Assembly: GCA_964291675.2 (NCBI GenBank)
Contig: OZ219866.1
Coordinates: forward strand, 2,784,001-2,848,000
Origin: Alphaproteobacteria bacterium
Lineage (GTDB): Bacteria > Pseudomonadota > Alphaproteobacteria > MPNO01
Length of the DNA: 64,000 nt
Direction of reading: 5' to 3'
Both the position numbers and the translations under genes were made by a program. Each line of letters opens with the position of its first letter. Position 1 is the stretch's first letter. Shown here one piece after another: positions 28,755 to 38,686 of the stretch. The notes beneath the pieces were generated by a model. That model saw only the letters and a program-made list of their open reading frames with translations. It was not told the origin of the DNA and made no database searches.

Positions 28755-29549
28755 TTGCAGGATTTGTCGTTCACGCTTCGTGAATTGCTCGGCCCCCGGT
28801 CTCTGGCCGTCCAGGGGGCGGTGCTCGCCTGCCTGATCGCGCTGTTCGCGTTCATCGGCCCGTTCGGCACCTACGATTCGATCGGCGCCGCGGGACGCCT
28901 CGGCTACTGGGCGCTGGCGCTCGGCGCCAACTGGCTGGTCTGCGCCAGCATCGTGATCCTGACGCTGCGCCTCGCCGCTTCCGCCTCGCGGCGGGGCCGC
29001 GCGCTGGCGATGGCGGGCGCCGCCCTGGTGGCGGCGGTTCCCGGCACCGCCGTCGTCTTCAGCGCCGAAACCCTGTTCAGGCCGGGCTACGAGGGCGGCA
29101 GCGCGCTCGGGACGATCTATCTCGGCGTGGCCGTGCTGATGATGGCGATCAGCTTCCTCGTGGTCGGTGTGCTGGCGCGCGTTCGAACGGCGGTCGCGGA
29201 GGGCGAACCGCCGAGCCCGGGCGACGGCGGGAGCAAGACCGTGCGTTTCCTCGACCGCCTGCCGCCCGAGCTCGGCCGCGATCTGGTGTATCTCCGGATG
29301 GCGGACCACTATGTCGAGGCGTTCACCGCCGCCGGCTCGACGCTGGTGCTGATGCGTTTCGCCGATGCGGTGGCGGAGCTGGAGGGTGCCGGCGGGCTGC
29401 GCGTCCACCGGTCTTACTGGGTCTCCCGGCGTCACGTGACCGGGGCGACGCGCCGCAACGGCCGCACGGTATTGAACCTTACCGGCGGTCACGAGGCCCC
29501 GGTCAGCCGGGGCTACCTCGCGGCGGTCCGTGCCGCCGGGCTGGCGTGA
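28755..29549 (+). CDS. Membrane-anchored LytTR-family transcriptional regulator
   Basis: About four N-terminal TM segments. DHYVE, RVHRSYWV, PVSRGY. Start uncertain. Confidence 0.85.
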   Translation: MQDLSFTLRELLGPRSLAVQGAVLACLIALFAFIGPFGTYDSIGAAGRLGYWALALGANWLVCASIVILTLRLAASASRRGRALAMAGAALVAAVPGTAVVFSAETLFRPGYEGGSALGTIYLGVAVLMMAISFLVVGVLARVRTAVAEGEPPSPGDGGSKTVRFLDRLPPELGRDLVYLRMADHYVEAFTAAGSTLVLMRFADAVAELEGAGGLRVHRSYWVSRRHVTGATRRNGRTVLNLTGGHEAPVSRGYLAAVRAAGLA

Positions 29550-29676
29550 ACGCGGCGGTGGAATCGCCCGTTCGCGACGTTCGCCCGCCTTTGTGCTAGT
29601 AAACTCTTCAATTCCGGTATCTGATCTGGCTGAGTTGAAGAATCGTGGACTGGCCACAATCTCCAACTTCGAAACC

Positions 29677-30846
29677 ATGAAGATCCCAGCCGCCTACACG
29701 GACGGGTACGCCAGGGGCCGGCAGGCCGATCCGGAGCGTTCGGCGAACTACCTGGCGCACACCACGATGGGCGACCCGCTCGCCGACGCGATGATCGCCG
29801 AGCTCGAACCGCTCGGACCGGACGAATCGGCCATGCTGATCGAGCTCGGCATGCACGATCGCGAAGGCGACGCGTTGCGCGACGCGCCGGCATCGGTCAG
29901 GGAGTTCTTCGCGCATTGCGCCGAACCGCCGGACTGGCTCGACTTGCCCTCGTTCCTGCCCGGCTGCCGCATGTTCCACCGGAACACGCGGCTGGTGCTC
30001 GCCGGCATGGTGGGCGGCGTTCTGGTCGAGGGGTTTTCCACCAACATCGCCAAGTCGTTTTTTCTGACCGGGCGGCTGCGCGACCAGGGCGTGCGGCGGC
30101 TGAAGCAGAACAACCGCCACATGCTGGAGATTTTCATGCCCGGCGGCATGGAGGCGCATGCCGACGGGTGGACGCATTCCGTCCGGGTCAGGCTGGTGCA
30201 TGCGAAGATCCGGCAGCTCCTCGGCAGGTCCGAAGAATGGGACGCCGAGGAGCTGGGCACGCCGATCAGCTCCGCAAATCTGGGATTCGCCATCGCCGCC
30301 TTTTCGGCCAGGCTGCTGAAGCACCTGAAAAGCCTCGGGGCGACCTTCAGCGAGGAGGAGCGCAGGAGCTTCATGGCGGTGTGGCGGTATTCCGGCTATC
30401 TGATGGGCATTCCCGAGACCATCCTGTACCGGGACGAAGAGGACGCGCTCGAATTGTTCCGGATCGGCCGTCTGTGCGAGCCGCCGCCGTCGATGGAATC
30501 GGTCGTGCTCTCGTCTTCGCTGATCAACTCCGCGCCGCTCTTCGCAGGGCTGGACGACAGGGACGAGCGCCAGAAGCTCGCCGGCTACATCGGACAGATT
30601 TCGCGCGCCCTGATCGGCGACCGGCTCGCCGACGAGCTCATGTATCCCGAAGCCCCGACACGGGGAATCCTGTGGAAATTCCGGACGCTGAACCGGATCG
30701 AGCGGATGATGGAAAAGCTGAGGCGGAGCCCGTCCCGCCAAATGGCGAATCTCACCACCATTCTCGACGTCTCCATGTTCGACAAGCAGGGAATCAGCTA
30801 CAGATTGCCCGACCACGTCTACGCGGAGCGGTCCTCCCAGTGGTAG
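29677..30846 (+). CDS. MpaB/Lcp-like (DUF2236) heme oxygenase family protein
   Basis: GDPLADA, PPDWLD, TGRL, VRLVHAKIR (heme His), WDAEELGTPI, WRYSGYLMGI. Confidence 0.8.
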   Translation: MKIPAAYTDGYARGRQADPERSANYLAHTTMGDPLADAMIAELEPLGPDESAMLIELGMHDREGDALRDAPASVREFFAHCAEPPDWLDLPSFLPGCRMFHRNTRLVLAGMVGGVLVEGFSTNIAKSFFLTGRLRDQGVRRLKQNNRHMLEIFMPGGMEAHADGWTHSVRVRLVHAKIRQLLGRSEEWDAEELGTPISSANLGFAIAAFSARLLKHLKSLGATFSEEERRSFMAVWRYSGYLMGIPETILYRDEEDALELFRIGRLCEPPPSMESVVLSSSLINSAPLFAGLDDRDERQKLAGYIGQISRALIGDRLADELMYPEAPTRGILWKFRTLNRIERMMEKLRRSPSRQMANLTTILDVSMFDKQGISYRLPDHVYAERSSQW

Positions 30847-30916
30847 GAATTGCGCGGCCGAGCCAGCCTGTCTGTCCCCTGCCGATCCCCACGCCCCGAC
30901 GGAGCCGGCGCAAACC

Positions 30917-33241
30917 ATGCCGACACCCCCACCCGATGCGAGGGCTGCGATGACCGGCGACGCCCTGGACCGCTTCGCCGGCGCGATCCTGCGCCATCGC
31001 TGGCCGGTGCTTGCGATTGCCGCGCTGGTCATGCTCGCGGTGACGGCGGGTGCGGGCTTCGTCGGCGTGACCAACGACTACCGGAGCCTGTTCGACGAGG
31101 ACAATCCGCAGCTCGCCGCCCTGAACGCGCTGGAAGCGACCTACGGCTCGTCCAACAGGGCGCTGATCGCGGTTGCGCCGCGAACCGGCTCGGTATTCAC
31201 CCGAGAGACGCTCGGGGCCGTCGAGGAGCTGACCGAGGCGGCGTGGCAGGCGCCGCATTCAACCCGGGTGGACTCGCTCACCAACTACTCCCACAGCCGG
31301 GCGAATGGCGACGAGCTGATCGTCCGCCCGCTGGTCGAGGATGCGGGCGCGCTCTCGGACGTCGAGCTGGAACGGGTCCGGGGGGTTGCGCTGAACGCGG
31401 TCGAGATCGCCGGACGGCTGGTCTCGCGCGACGGCAAGGTGGCGGGGCTGGCGATCGACTTCGCGCTGCCCGAAAACCCCGATGCCGCGGTGATCGAGAT
31501 CACCGACTATCTCAACGTCCTGCTCGACAAGGCCCGCGCCGACCATCCGGACATCGCCTACTACCTGACCGGCGACGTGCCGTTGAACCGGGCCTTCGCC
31601 GACGCCACCCGGGACGACCTCGAAACCCTGATTCCGATCGTCTTCGCGGTCATCACCCTGGCGGCGGCCGCGCTCCTGCGCTCGGTCCTCGGGACGGCGG
31701 CGATCGTCGCCGTGCTGATGTTCGCGGTCAACACCACGGTGGGTTTTGCCGGCTGGCTCGGAACGGTGTTCAACCCCGCCAATTCCGGGATGCCGATCAT
31801 CGTGATGACTGTGGCGGTCGCCCACTCGGTTCACATCGTCTCGACCGCGCTGGCGGGCATGGGCAGGGGGCTGGACCGCAATGCGGCCATCGCGGAGGCG
31901 ATCCGGGTCAATGCCTGGCCGGTGTTCCTCACGTCGCTCACCACGGCGATCGGCTTTCTGAGCCTGAACGCCTCGGATTCGCCGCCCTTCCGGGTGCTCG
32001 GAAATCTCGTCGCGTTCGGCGTGTTCTGCGCGTTCGTCTATTCGCTCACGCTGCTGCCCGCGCTGCTCTCCGTCCTGCCGATGCGCCCACGCGCGGTTCG
32101 CGCCGGCGAGCCCGCCTTCTTCGATCGCTTCGGCGGGTTCGTCGTGCAGCGCCGCGGCGTCCTGCTGTGGTGCTGCGCCATCGTCGCAATCGTCATGGTC
32201 ACCGGCATTCCCCGCCTGGAGCTCACCGACAACTGGACCAAATATCTCAGCGAGCGCTACGAGTTCCGCAAGGACACGGATTTCGTCATCGACAACCTCA
32301 CCGGTGTCGAGACGCTGGAATACTCGCTCGATTCGGGGACCGAAGGCGGCATCACCGAACCGGCCTATCTGCGCAAGGTCGAGGCCTTCGCCGAATGGTT
32401 CCGGACTCAGCCCGAAGTGTCCCACGTGCAGGCCTTTCCGGACATCATGAAACGCCTGAACAGGAACCTGCATGGCGACGACCCGGAGTTCCATCGGGTG
32501 CCGGACGACCCGGATCTCTCCTCGCAATACTTGCTGCTCTACGAGCTGTCGCTTCCCTTCGGGCGGGATCTGAACAACCGGATCGATATCGGCAAGTCGG
32601 CGACCCGCATGACGGCGGTGATGCGGAGCCTCACCTCCCAGGCGCAGCGCGAGCTCGACGCGCGGGCCCAGGCCTGGCTGCGGGCCAACGCTCCCGGTCT
32701 CGCGACCGAGGCCTCCGGCGTCAGCATCGTCTTCGCCCATCTGTCGCAGCGCAACATCGAGAGCATGCTGACCGGCACCGTCCTCGCGATGGCCCTGATC
32801 TCGCTGATCCTGGTCTTCGTGTTCCGGAGCCTGCGGGTCGGTCTGCTCAGCCTGGTGCCCAACTTCATCCCCGCCGCGATGAGCCTCGGCCTCTGGGCCT
32901 TCATGGTCGGCCGCGTGGGCCTCGCCGGTTCGGTGATGACCGCCATCGCCTTCGGGATCGTGGTCGACGACACGATCCATTTCCTGACCAAGTACCTCAA
33001 GGCCCGGCGCGACGGAAGCGACGCCGCCGAGGCGGTGCGCTCCGCCTTTCGCACCGTGGGCCACGCATTGTGGACCACCACCGCCGTGCTGGCGCTCGGC
33101 TTCCTGGTGTTCGCCTCCTCCGGCTTCGAGGTGAGCTGGGCGCTCGGCCTCCTGGTCACGCTGACGATCGTCTTCGCGCTGCTCGCGGATTTCCTGCTCC
33201 TGCCGCCTTTGTTGATGGCTCTCGATCGGAGGAAGTCATGA
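30917..33241 (+). CDS. MMPL/RND-family transporter
   Basis: Two repeats of TM - periplasmic domain - 5 TM. TSLTTAIGFLSL, GIVVDDTIHF. Confidence 0.9.
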   Translation: MPTPPPDARAAMTGDALDRFAGAILRHRWPVLAIAALVMLAVTAGAGFVGVTNDYRSLFDEDNPQLAALNALEATYGSSNRALIAVAPRTGSVFTRETLGAVEELTEAAWQAPHSTRVDSLTNYSHSRANGDELIVRPLVEDAGALSDVELERVRGVALNAVEIAGRLVSRDGKVAGLAIDFALPENPDAAVIEITDYLNVLLDKARADHPDIAYYLTGDVPLNRAFADATRDDLETLIPIVFAVITLAAAALLRSVLGTAAIVAVLMFAVNTTVGFAGWLGTVFNPANSGMPIIVMTVAVAHSVHIVSTALAGMGRGLDRNAAIAEAIRVNAWPVFLTSLTTAIGFLSLNASDSPPFRVLGNLVAFGVFCAFVYSLTLLPALLSVLPMRPRAVRAGEPAFFDRFGGFVVQRRGVLLWCCAIVAIVMVTGIPRLELTDNWTKYLSERYEFRKDTDFVIDNLTGVETLEYSLDSGTEGGITEPAYLRKVEAFAEWFRTQPEVSHVQAFPDIMKRLNRNLHGDDPEFHRVPDDPDLSSQYLLLYELSLPFGRDLNNRIDIGKSATRMTAVMRSLTSQAQRELDARAQAWLRANAPGLATEASGVSIVFAHLSQRNIESMLTGTVLAMALISLILVFVFRSLRVGLLSLVPNFIPAAMSLGLWAFMVGRVGLAGSVMTAIAFGIVVDDTIHFLTKYLKARRDGSDAAEAVRSAFRTVGHALWTTTAVLALGFLVFASSGFEVSWALGLLVTLTIVFALLADFLLLPPLLMALDRRKS

Positions 33242-34038
33242 TTCGCGCCCGTTCGACCCGGTCCATCGCGTTCGTCCTCTTGACGGTGCTGGCGATGCCG
33301 CCGGCGGCCCATGCCCAGAGCGCCGGGGAGCGCGGCCTGGAGATCGCGAAGGAAGCGCGCGACCGGGACCGGGGGTTCGGCAATTTCACCGCCAGCCAGA
33401 CCATGGTGCTGCGCAACAAGCAGGGGCGCGAGAGCCGGCGGCAGCTTCGCATCAAGGTGCTCGAGGTCGCCGATGACGGCAACAAAAGCCTGTTCGTGTT
33501 CGACGAGCCGCGCGGCGTCAAGGGAACCGCGCTGCTGATCCATTCCCACCGGGAGGGGCCGGACGACCAGTGGCTCTTCTTGCCGGCGCTCAAGCGGGTC
33601 AAGCGGATCAGCTCGTCGAACCGGTCCGGCTCCTTCATGGGCAGCGAGTTTTCCTACGAGGATCTCGGCACGCCGGAGGTGGAGAAGTACAGATACCGCT
33701 ACCTGAAGGACGAAGCCTGCGGCGAGCTACAGTGTTCGGTCGTCGAGAACGTGCCGGTCGAGAAGGGCTCGGGCTACACCAGGCAAATCGTCTGGCGCGA
33801 CAAGGACGAGCTCCGGATCTGGAAGATCGAGTATTTCGACCGCAAGAACGCGCATCTGAAGACGCTCACGCTCGGCGAGTACCGGCGCTATCTGGACCGC
33901 TACTGGCGCGCCTCCGAGATGACGATGGAGAACCATTTGACGGGCAAGAGCACGATCATGCGCTGGTCCGACTTCGCGTTCCGCGCCAGGCTGTCGGATC
34001 GCGACTTCAGCCAGTCCAGCCTGAAACGCGCACGCTGA
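33238..34038 (+). CDS. Outer-membrane lipoprotein-sorting (LolA-like) protein
   Basis: Signal peptide. DDQWLFLPALKRVKRISS, FMGSEFSYEDL. ATGA overlap with the RND gene. Confidence 0.85.
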   Translation: MIRARSTRSIAFVLLTVLAMPPAAHAQSAGERGLEIAKEARDRDRGFGNFTASQTMVLRNKQGRESRRQLRIKVLEVADDGNKSLFVFDEPRGVKGTALLIHSHREGPDDQWLFLPALKRVKRISSSNRSGSFMGSEFSYEDLGTPEVEKYRYRYLKDEACGELQCSVVENVPVEKGSGYTRQIVWRDKDELRIWKIEYFDRKNAHLKTLTLGEYRRYLDRYWRASEMTMENHLTGKSTIMRWSDFAFRARLSDRDFSQSSLKRAR

Positions 34039-34123
34039 TCCAGGGCGCGGTGCCGCCCGGGCCTGTGCTTTGCCGGCGACGGGGTGCTATCCTGCCGTCC
34101 CCTAGTCATCGGCCCGTGCGGTC

Positions 34124-35143
34124 ATGAGCGGAATCGAGCAAGCGAACGGTCACAAGCCGCTGTCCCTGGCGCATCTGGTCGATCCCAATATCGGGCGCGT
34201 CACGCGGCCCGACCCGGCGGATTACGGCTTCGAGCTGGCCGACGTGCTGCGCTCGGTCGTGCAGCTTCGCTCGCAGGCGCCGGAGGATGCGTTCAGCTCG
34301 TCCTATCTGGGCACCGAGCGCGAAGGCAACGCGATCCTGGTGGGCGAGGACAATCTGTTCCTCACCATCGGCTATCTGATCGCCGAGGCCGAGCACATCG
34401 TCCTCGGTTCGGAACAGACCGGGGCGACCCGCGCCCAGGTGCTCGCCTACGACTACGAGACCGGGTTCGGCCTGCTGCGCGGCGGCTCGTCGCTGGACGC
34501 GAGGCCCATCGCGCTCGGCGACACGGCCGGGTTCGAGGAACGGGACTGGCTGGTCGCGGCCGCCCGGGGAGGGCTGGAGAACGCCATCAAGGCGCAGGTC
34601 GTCTCCAAGCGGGAATTTGCCGGCTACTGGGAATACCTGCTCGACGAGGCGATATTCACCGCCCCGCCGCACCCGCATTGGAGCGGCGCGGCGCTGATCG
34701 ACGGCGGCGGCCGGCTGGTCGGGCTGGGCTCGCTCTTCGTCCAGGACGCGGCGCCCGGCGGCGGGCCGAGCGCGGGCAACATGTTCGTTCCCATCGACCT
34801 CTACAAGGAAACCGTGGACGACCTGCTGCGCTACGGCAGGCGTCCGGGCCCCAGCCGGCCCTGGCTGGGCATTTACAGCGTCGAGGCGCTGGGCCGGGTG
34901 CTGATCACCTCGATTTCCGAGCGCGGCCCCTGCGCCGGGTCGGGTATCGAGGCGGGCGACGTGGTGCTGGCGGTCAATGACGCCAAGATCGAGTCCATGG
35001 CCCAGATGTACCGCCGGGTCTGGGGTATCGGCCCCGCCGGGTCGACGGTGACGCTCAAGCTGCTGCGCGATGGCGAGGTGCATACCGTCGAAATCGTCTC
35101 GGCGGACCGGGACAAGGTGATGAAGAACCCGCGCACGCATTAG
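34124..35143 (+). CDS. S1C (HtrA-like) trypsin-fold protein with PDZ domain
   Basis: LTIGYL, YDYETGFGLL, WSGAAL, C-terminal PWLGI...GIEAGDVV PDZ. Confidence 0.8.
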   Translation: MSGIEQANGHKPLSLAHLVDPNIGRVTRPDPADYGFELADVLRSVVQLRSQAPEDAFSSSYLGTEREGNAILVGEDNLFLTIGYLIAEAEHIVLGSEQTGATRAQVLAYDYETGFGLLRGGSSLDARPIALGDTAGFEERDWLVAAARGGLENAIKAQVVSKREFAGYWEYLLDEAIFTAPPHPHWSGAALIDGGGRLVGLGSLFVQDAAPGGGPSAGNMFVPIDLYKETVDDLLRYGRRPGPSRPWLGIYSVEALGRVLITSISERGPCAGSGIEAGDVVLAVNDAKIESMAQMYRRVWGIGPAGSTVTLKLLRDGEVHTVEIVSADRDKVMKNPRTH

Positions 35144-35168
35144 GCTCCACGCCCGTGGGCGTCTTGCC

Positions 35169-37754
35169 ATGAAACGCACGCTGCAAACCCTGATCGACGA
35201 TCTGCCGCGCTTCGGCGATGCCCCGGCGGTCGTCGCCTTCACCGCGGCGGGCATGGAGACCCGAAGCTATCGCGGCCTGCACCGCGACGCGCTCGCGCTC
35301 GCCGGCGGGCTGATCGGGCGCGGCCTCGGCCACGGCGTTGCGGTCGGCGTGATCGGCGTCAACAGCGACGCGCAGGTGGTGCTGCGCCTCGCGCTCGCGG
35401 CAATCGGCGCGGTCGCGGTTCCGCTGGACGACATGGGCTCGCCGGAGGACTTCCGCCGGGCGCTGGCGGATAGCGGGGCGAGGGCGCTGTTCGCCGACCG
35501 GCAGGTCCTCGACGAGCTTCCCGAAGCGGCGACCCTGGGCCTCGCCGGCGCCTGGCGTCTCGACGGGGACGCCGCCGGCGAACCGGCGCACTGGTCGACG
35601 CTGCTCGGCGAGGCGCCCGCGGCGCTTCCCGCGGTCTCGCCGGAGGACCTGGCCGCGATCATCTACACCTCGGGCACCACCGGGGTGGCCAAGGGCGTGC
35701 CGCTGACCCACGGCAATTTCATGTTCAATGTCGCGGCGCTGGCCGAGGGCGGGTTCGTCGACACCGGCGACCGGGCCGCGCTGCCGCTGCCGCTCCATCA
35801 CGCCTATCCCTTCATGGCCGGGCTGATGGTGCCGTTTGCCTGCGGCTCGACCGTGATCCTCCCAAGGGCGCCCACCGGACCCGATGTCGCGACCGCGCTC
35901 CGCGATGCCCGCGCGACGGTCATGCTGGGCGTGCCGCGGCTCTACGAGGCCCTGGTCGAGGGGATCGGCGGAAGGCTGGAGAGCGGCGTTGCCGGTACGC
36001 TGTTCGGCGCCCTCTGGCGCCTTTCCACTTCGGTCTCGCGCAATGGCGGCCCGCGCCTCGGCAGGTGGCTGATGTGGCCGGTGCGGCGCCGCTTCGCGCC
36101 CCGGCTGCGCATGGTGGTCTCGGGCGGCGCCAAGCTCGAAGAGGGGGTCGCCTGGCGGCTCGAAGGGCTCGGCTTCCAGGTGCTCACCGGCTACGGGCTG
36201 GTGGAGACCTCGTCGGTCACCACCTACAACCGCTACGGCGCCGGACGCATCGGCACCGAGGGCAAGCCGGTGGAGGGCAGCGAGCTGCGCATCGCCGAGC
36301 CCGACGAGGACGGGATCGGCGAGGTGCAGATCCGCGGCCCGCACGTGTTTGCCGGCTATTTCAACGACAGCGAGACGACCGCCTCCGTGTTCGCCGAGGA
36401 CGGCTGGTTCCGCTCCGGCGATCTCGGCCGGATCGACGGCGACGGCTCGCTGGTCGTCACCGGGCGCAGCAAGGACGTGATCGTGTTGTCCGGCGGCAAG
36501 AATATCGGCCCCGAGGAGGTCGAGACCGCGCTCGCCGCAAGCCCGCTTGTCGCCGAGGCCGCGGTGTTCGAGCGCGACGGCAATCTCGCCGCCCTCATCG
36601 TCCCGGACGAGGACGGGCTGCGCCAGGCGCGGACCCAGCGGCTCGACGATGCGATCCGCATCGCCGTCACCGAGGCGGGCGCCGAGCTCGCGCCATACAA
36701 GCGGGTGACGTCCTACCGCATCCATCGCGAGCCCTTGCCGAGGACGCGGCTGAGCAAGCTCCGCCGGTTCCGCCTGCCCGAACTGTTCGACGCCGCCGGA
36801 GGGCGCGAGGCCGGCGGGGCGGGCGAGGCGGAGGATGCAACGCTCGCCGCCGACCCCCGGGCGGCACGCATTCTGGCGCTGATCCGCGCCCGCTTCGCCG
36901 ACGAATCGATCGGCCTCTCGACCAGCCCGCAGCTCGACCTCGGCGTCGACTCGCTCGCCTGGCTGGAGATCGCGCAGGAGATCGAGGGCGAGCTCGGCGT
37001 CTCGCTGGCGCCCGACGCGCTGGCCGAGGTGGTGACGCTCGCGGATCTCGTCCGCGCCGCCCGGGCCGCGCCGGAAGCCGCGCCCGAGTCCCCGGCGGAA
37101 ACAATCCTGCCCTCCCCCCCGCGAGGCGTCCGCCGCTGCGTCGGCTGGACGGCCTGGTGGCTCAACCGGCTGGTCATGAAAGCCGCGTTCGGCGTCAGGC
37201 GCTCCGGCCCGGTCCCCGATGCCGGGCGGCCGGCGATCCTCATCGCCAACCATGCCAGCGATCTCGATCCGCTGGTGCTGGCGGCGGCGCTTCCCTGGCG
37301 GGTCTTCGAAACGCTCTGGTGGGGCGCCGACAAGGCCCGCGTGTTCGAGTCGCCCGCGCTGAGCTGGCTCGCCCGCATCGCCCGGCTGTTTCCGGTCGAC
37401 GACCGCAGCCCCGCCGAGGGACTCGCCATCGCCGGGGGGCTGATCGACCGCGGCGAGAGCGTGGTGTGGTTCCCCGAGTCCTGGCGCTCGCCCGACGGGC
37501 GGCTCCAGGGTTTCATGCGCGGGATCGGCATGCTGCAAGCGGAACGGCGGGTCGCGCTGGCGCCTGCCTATATCGCGGGCACGTTCGATGTCCTGCCGCG
37601 GCACCGGCGCTGGCCCCGGCTGCGCCGGGTGAGCGTCCATTTCGGGGAGCCCGCCGACGCCCCGCGGGAGGCGCGAACGATCGACGAGGCGGTCGCCGCC
37701 GCCCGCGCGCTCGTCGCCGATCTGGAAATTCGCTATGGTGCGGAGAGCGATTGA
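35169..37754 (+). CDS. Long-chain acyl-CoA synthetase - ACP - acyltransferase (PlsC) fusion
   Basis: YTSGTTG, GYGLVE, WFRSGDLG. ACP motif LGVDSL. Acyltransferase NHASDLD and FPES. Confidence 0.88.
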   Translation: MKRTLQTLIDDLPRFGDAPAVVAFTAAGMETRSYRGLHRDALALAGGLIGRGLGHGVAVGVIGVNSDAQVVLRLALAAIGAVAVPLDDMGSPEDFRRALADSGARALFADRQVLDELPEAATLGLAGAWRLDGDAAGEPAHWSTLLGEAPAALPAVSPEDLAAIIYTSGTTGVAKGVPLTHGNFMFNVAALAEGGFVDTGDRAALPLPLHHAYPFMAGLMVPFACGSTVILPRAPTGPDVATALRDARATVMLGVPRLYEALVEGIGGRLESGVAGTLFGALWRLSTSVSRNGGPRLGRWLMWPVRRRFAPRLRMVVSGGAKLEEGVAWRLEGLGFQVLTGYGLVETSSVTTYNRYGAGRIGTEGKPVEGSELRIAEPDEDGIGEVQIRGPHVFAGYFNDSETTASVFAEDGWFRSGDLGRIDGDGSLVVTGRSKDVIVLSGGKNIGPEEVETALAASPLVAEAAVFERDGNLAALIVPDEDGLRQARTQRLDDAIRIAVTEAGAELAPYKRVTSYRIHREPLPRTRLSKLRRFRLPELFDAAGGREAGGAGEAEDATLAADPRAARILALIRARFADESIGLSTSPQLDLGVDSLAWLEIAQEIEGELGVSLAPDALAEVVTLADLVRAARAAPEAAPESPAETILPSPPRGVRRCVGWTAWWLNRLVMKAAFGVRRSGPVPDAGRPAILIANHASDLDPLVLAAALPWRVFETLWWGADKARVFESPALSWLARIARLFPVDDRSPAEGLAIAGGLIDRGESVVWFPESWRSPDGRLQGFMRGIGMLQAERRVALAPAYIAGTFDVLPRHRRWPRLRRVSVHFGEPADAPREARTIDEAVAAARALVADLEIRYGAESD

Positions 37755-37767
37755 ACGGGGAGGCGGC

Positions 37768-38658
37768 ATGCCGCGCGAAGAACATATCGAATTCCGGTCC
37801 GAGGGGCTGACCCTGCGCGGCATCCTGCATCTCCCGGACGACATGGAACCGAACGAGCGCCGCCCGGCCTTCCTGGTCCTGCACGGGTTCGGCGGCAACA
37901 AGACGTCGGAAAACTGCGTCCTGCCCTGCCGGATGCTGACCGGCCTCGGCTATGTCACGCTGCGCTTCGACATGCGGGGCTGCGGCGAGAGCGACGGCGA
38001 GTTCGGCCGTATCATCTGCCTCGAACAGGTCGAGGACACCAAGGCGGCGCATGCGTGGCTGGCGGCGCGGCCGGAAGTGGATCCCGAGCGCATCGGCGCG
38101 CTCGGCTCCAGCTTCGGCGCGGCGGTCTCGGTCTACACCGCCGGCGTCCATGACAGGATCGCGGCGGTGATCTCGTCCGGCGGGTGGGGCGACGGCGCGC
38201 GCAAGTTCCGCGGCCAGCACCCGACGCCGGAAGCGTGGAAGAAGTTCACCGACATGCTCGAAGCCGGCAAGCGCCACCGCGAGCGGACCGGCGAGTCGCT
38301 GATGGTGCCGCGCTACGACATCGTGCCGATACCGGCGCATCTCAGGAACAACCTCGCGGCCAATTCGGTCACCGAGTTCCCCGCCGAGACGGCGCAGTCG
38401 ATGTTCGATTTCGTCGCCAACGACGTGGTCGGCAATATCGCGCCCCGGCCGCTGCTCCTGCTGCACAGCTCGGTGGACTCGGTCACCCCGACCGAGCAGT
38501 CGATCGAGATGTTCAAGCGCGCCGGCCAGCCGACCGACCTGCACCTGACGGCGGACACCGACCACTTCATGTTCGCCGAGAGCAATGTCCGGGTCCGTCG
38601 GGTGATCGAGGACTGGCTGGCAACGTATTTTCCGGTGCGGGCGCCGGTCGCCGCCTGA
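37768..38658 (+). CDS. Alpha/beta-fold hydrolase
   Basis: LHGFGG, FDMRGCGESDG, nucleophile GSSFG, DSVT, DHFM. Confidence 0.85.
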   Translation: MPREEHIEFRSEGLTLRGILHLPDDMEPNERRPAFLVLHGFGGNKTSENCVLPCRMLTGLGYVTLRFDMRGCGESDGEFGRIICLEQVEDTKAAHAWLAARPEVDPERIGALGSSFGAAVSVYTAGVHDRIAAVISSGGWGDGARKFRGQHPTPEAWKKFTDMLEAGKRHRERTGESLMVPRYDIVPIPAHLRNNLAANSVTEFPAETAQSMFDFVANDVVGNIAPRPLLLLHSSVDSVTPTEQSIEMFKRAGQPTDLHLTADTDHFMFAESNVRVRRVIEDWLATYFPVRAPVAA

Positions 38659-38686
38659 ACCGGCACGGCTATCGAGGAGAGACGCC

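Noticed and set aside
30850-34038. 1062-aa fusion ending in the LolA-like domain
   Set aside because: The real start is ATG 33238 with RBS and signal peptide; the upstream part is an alternate frame of the RND gene.
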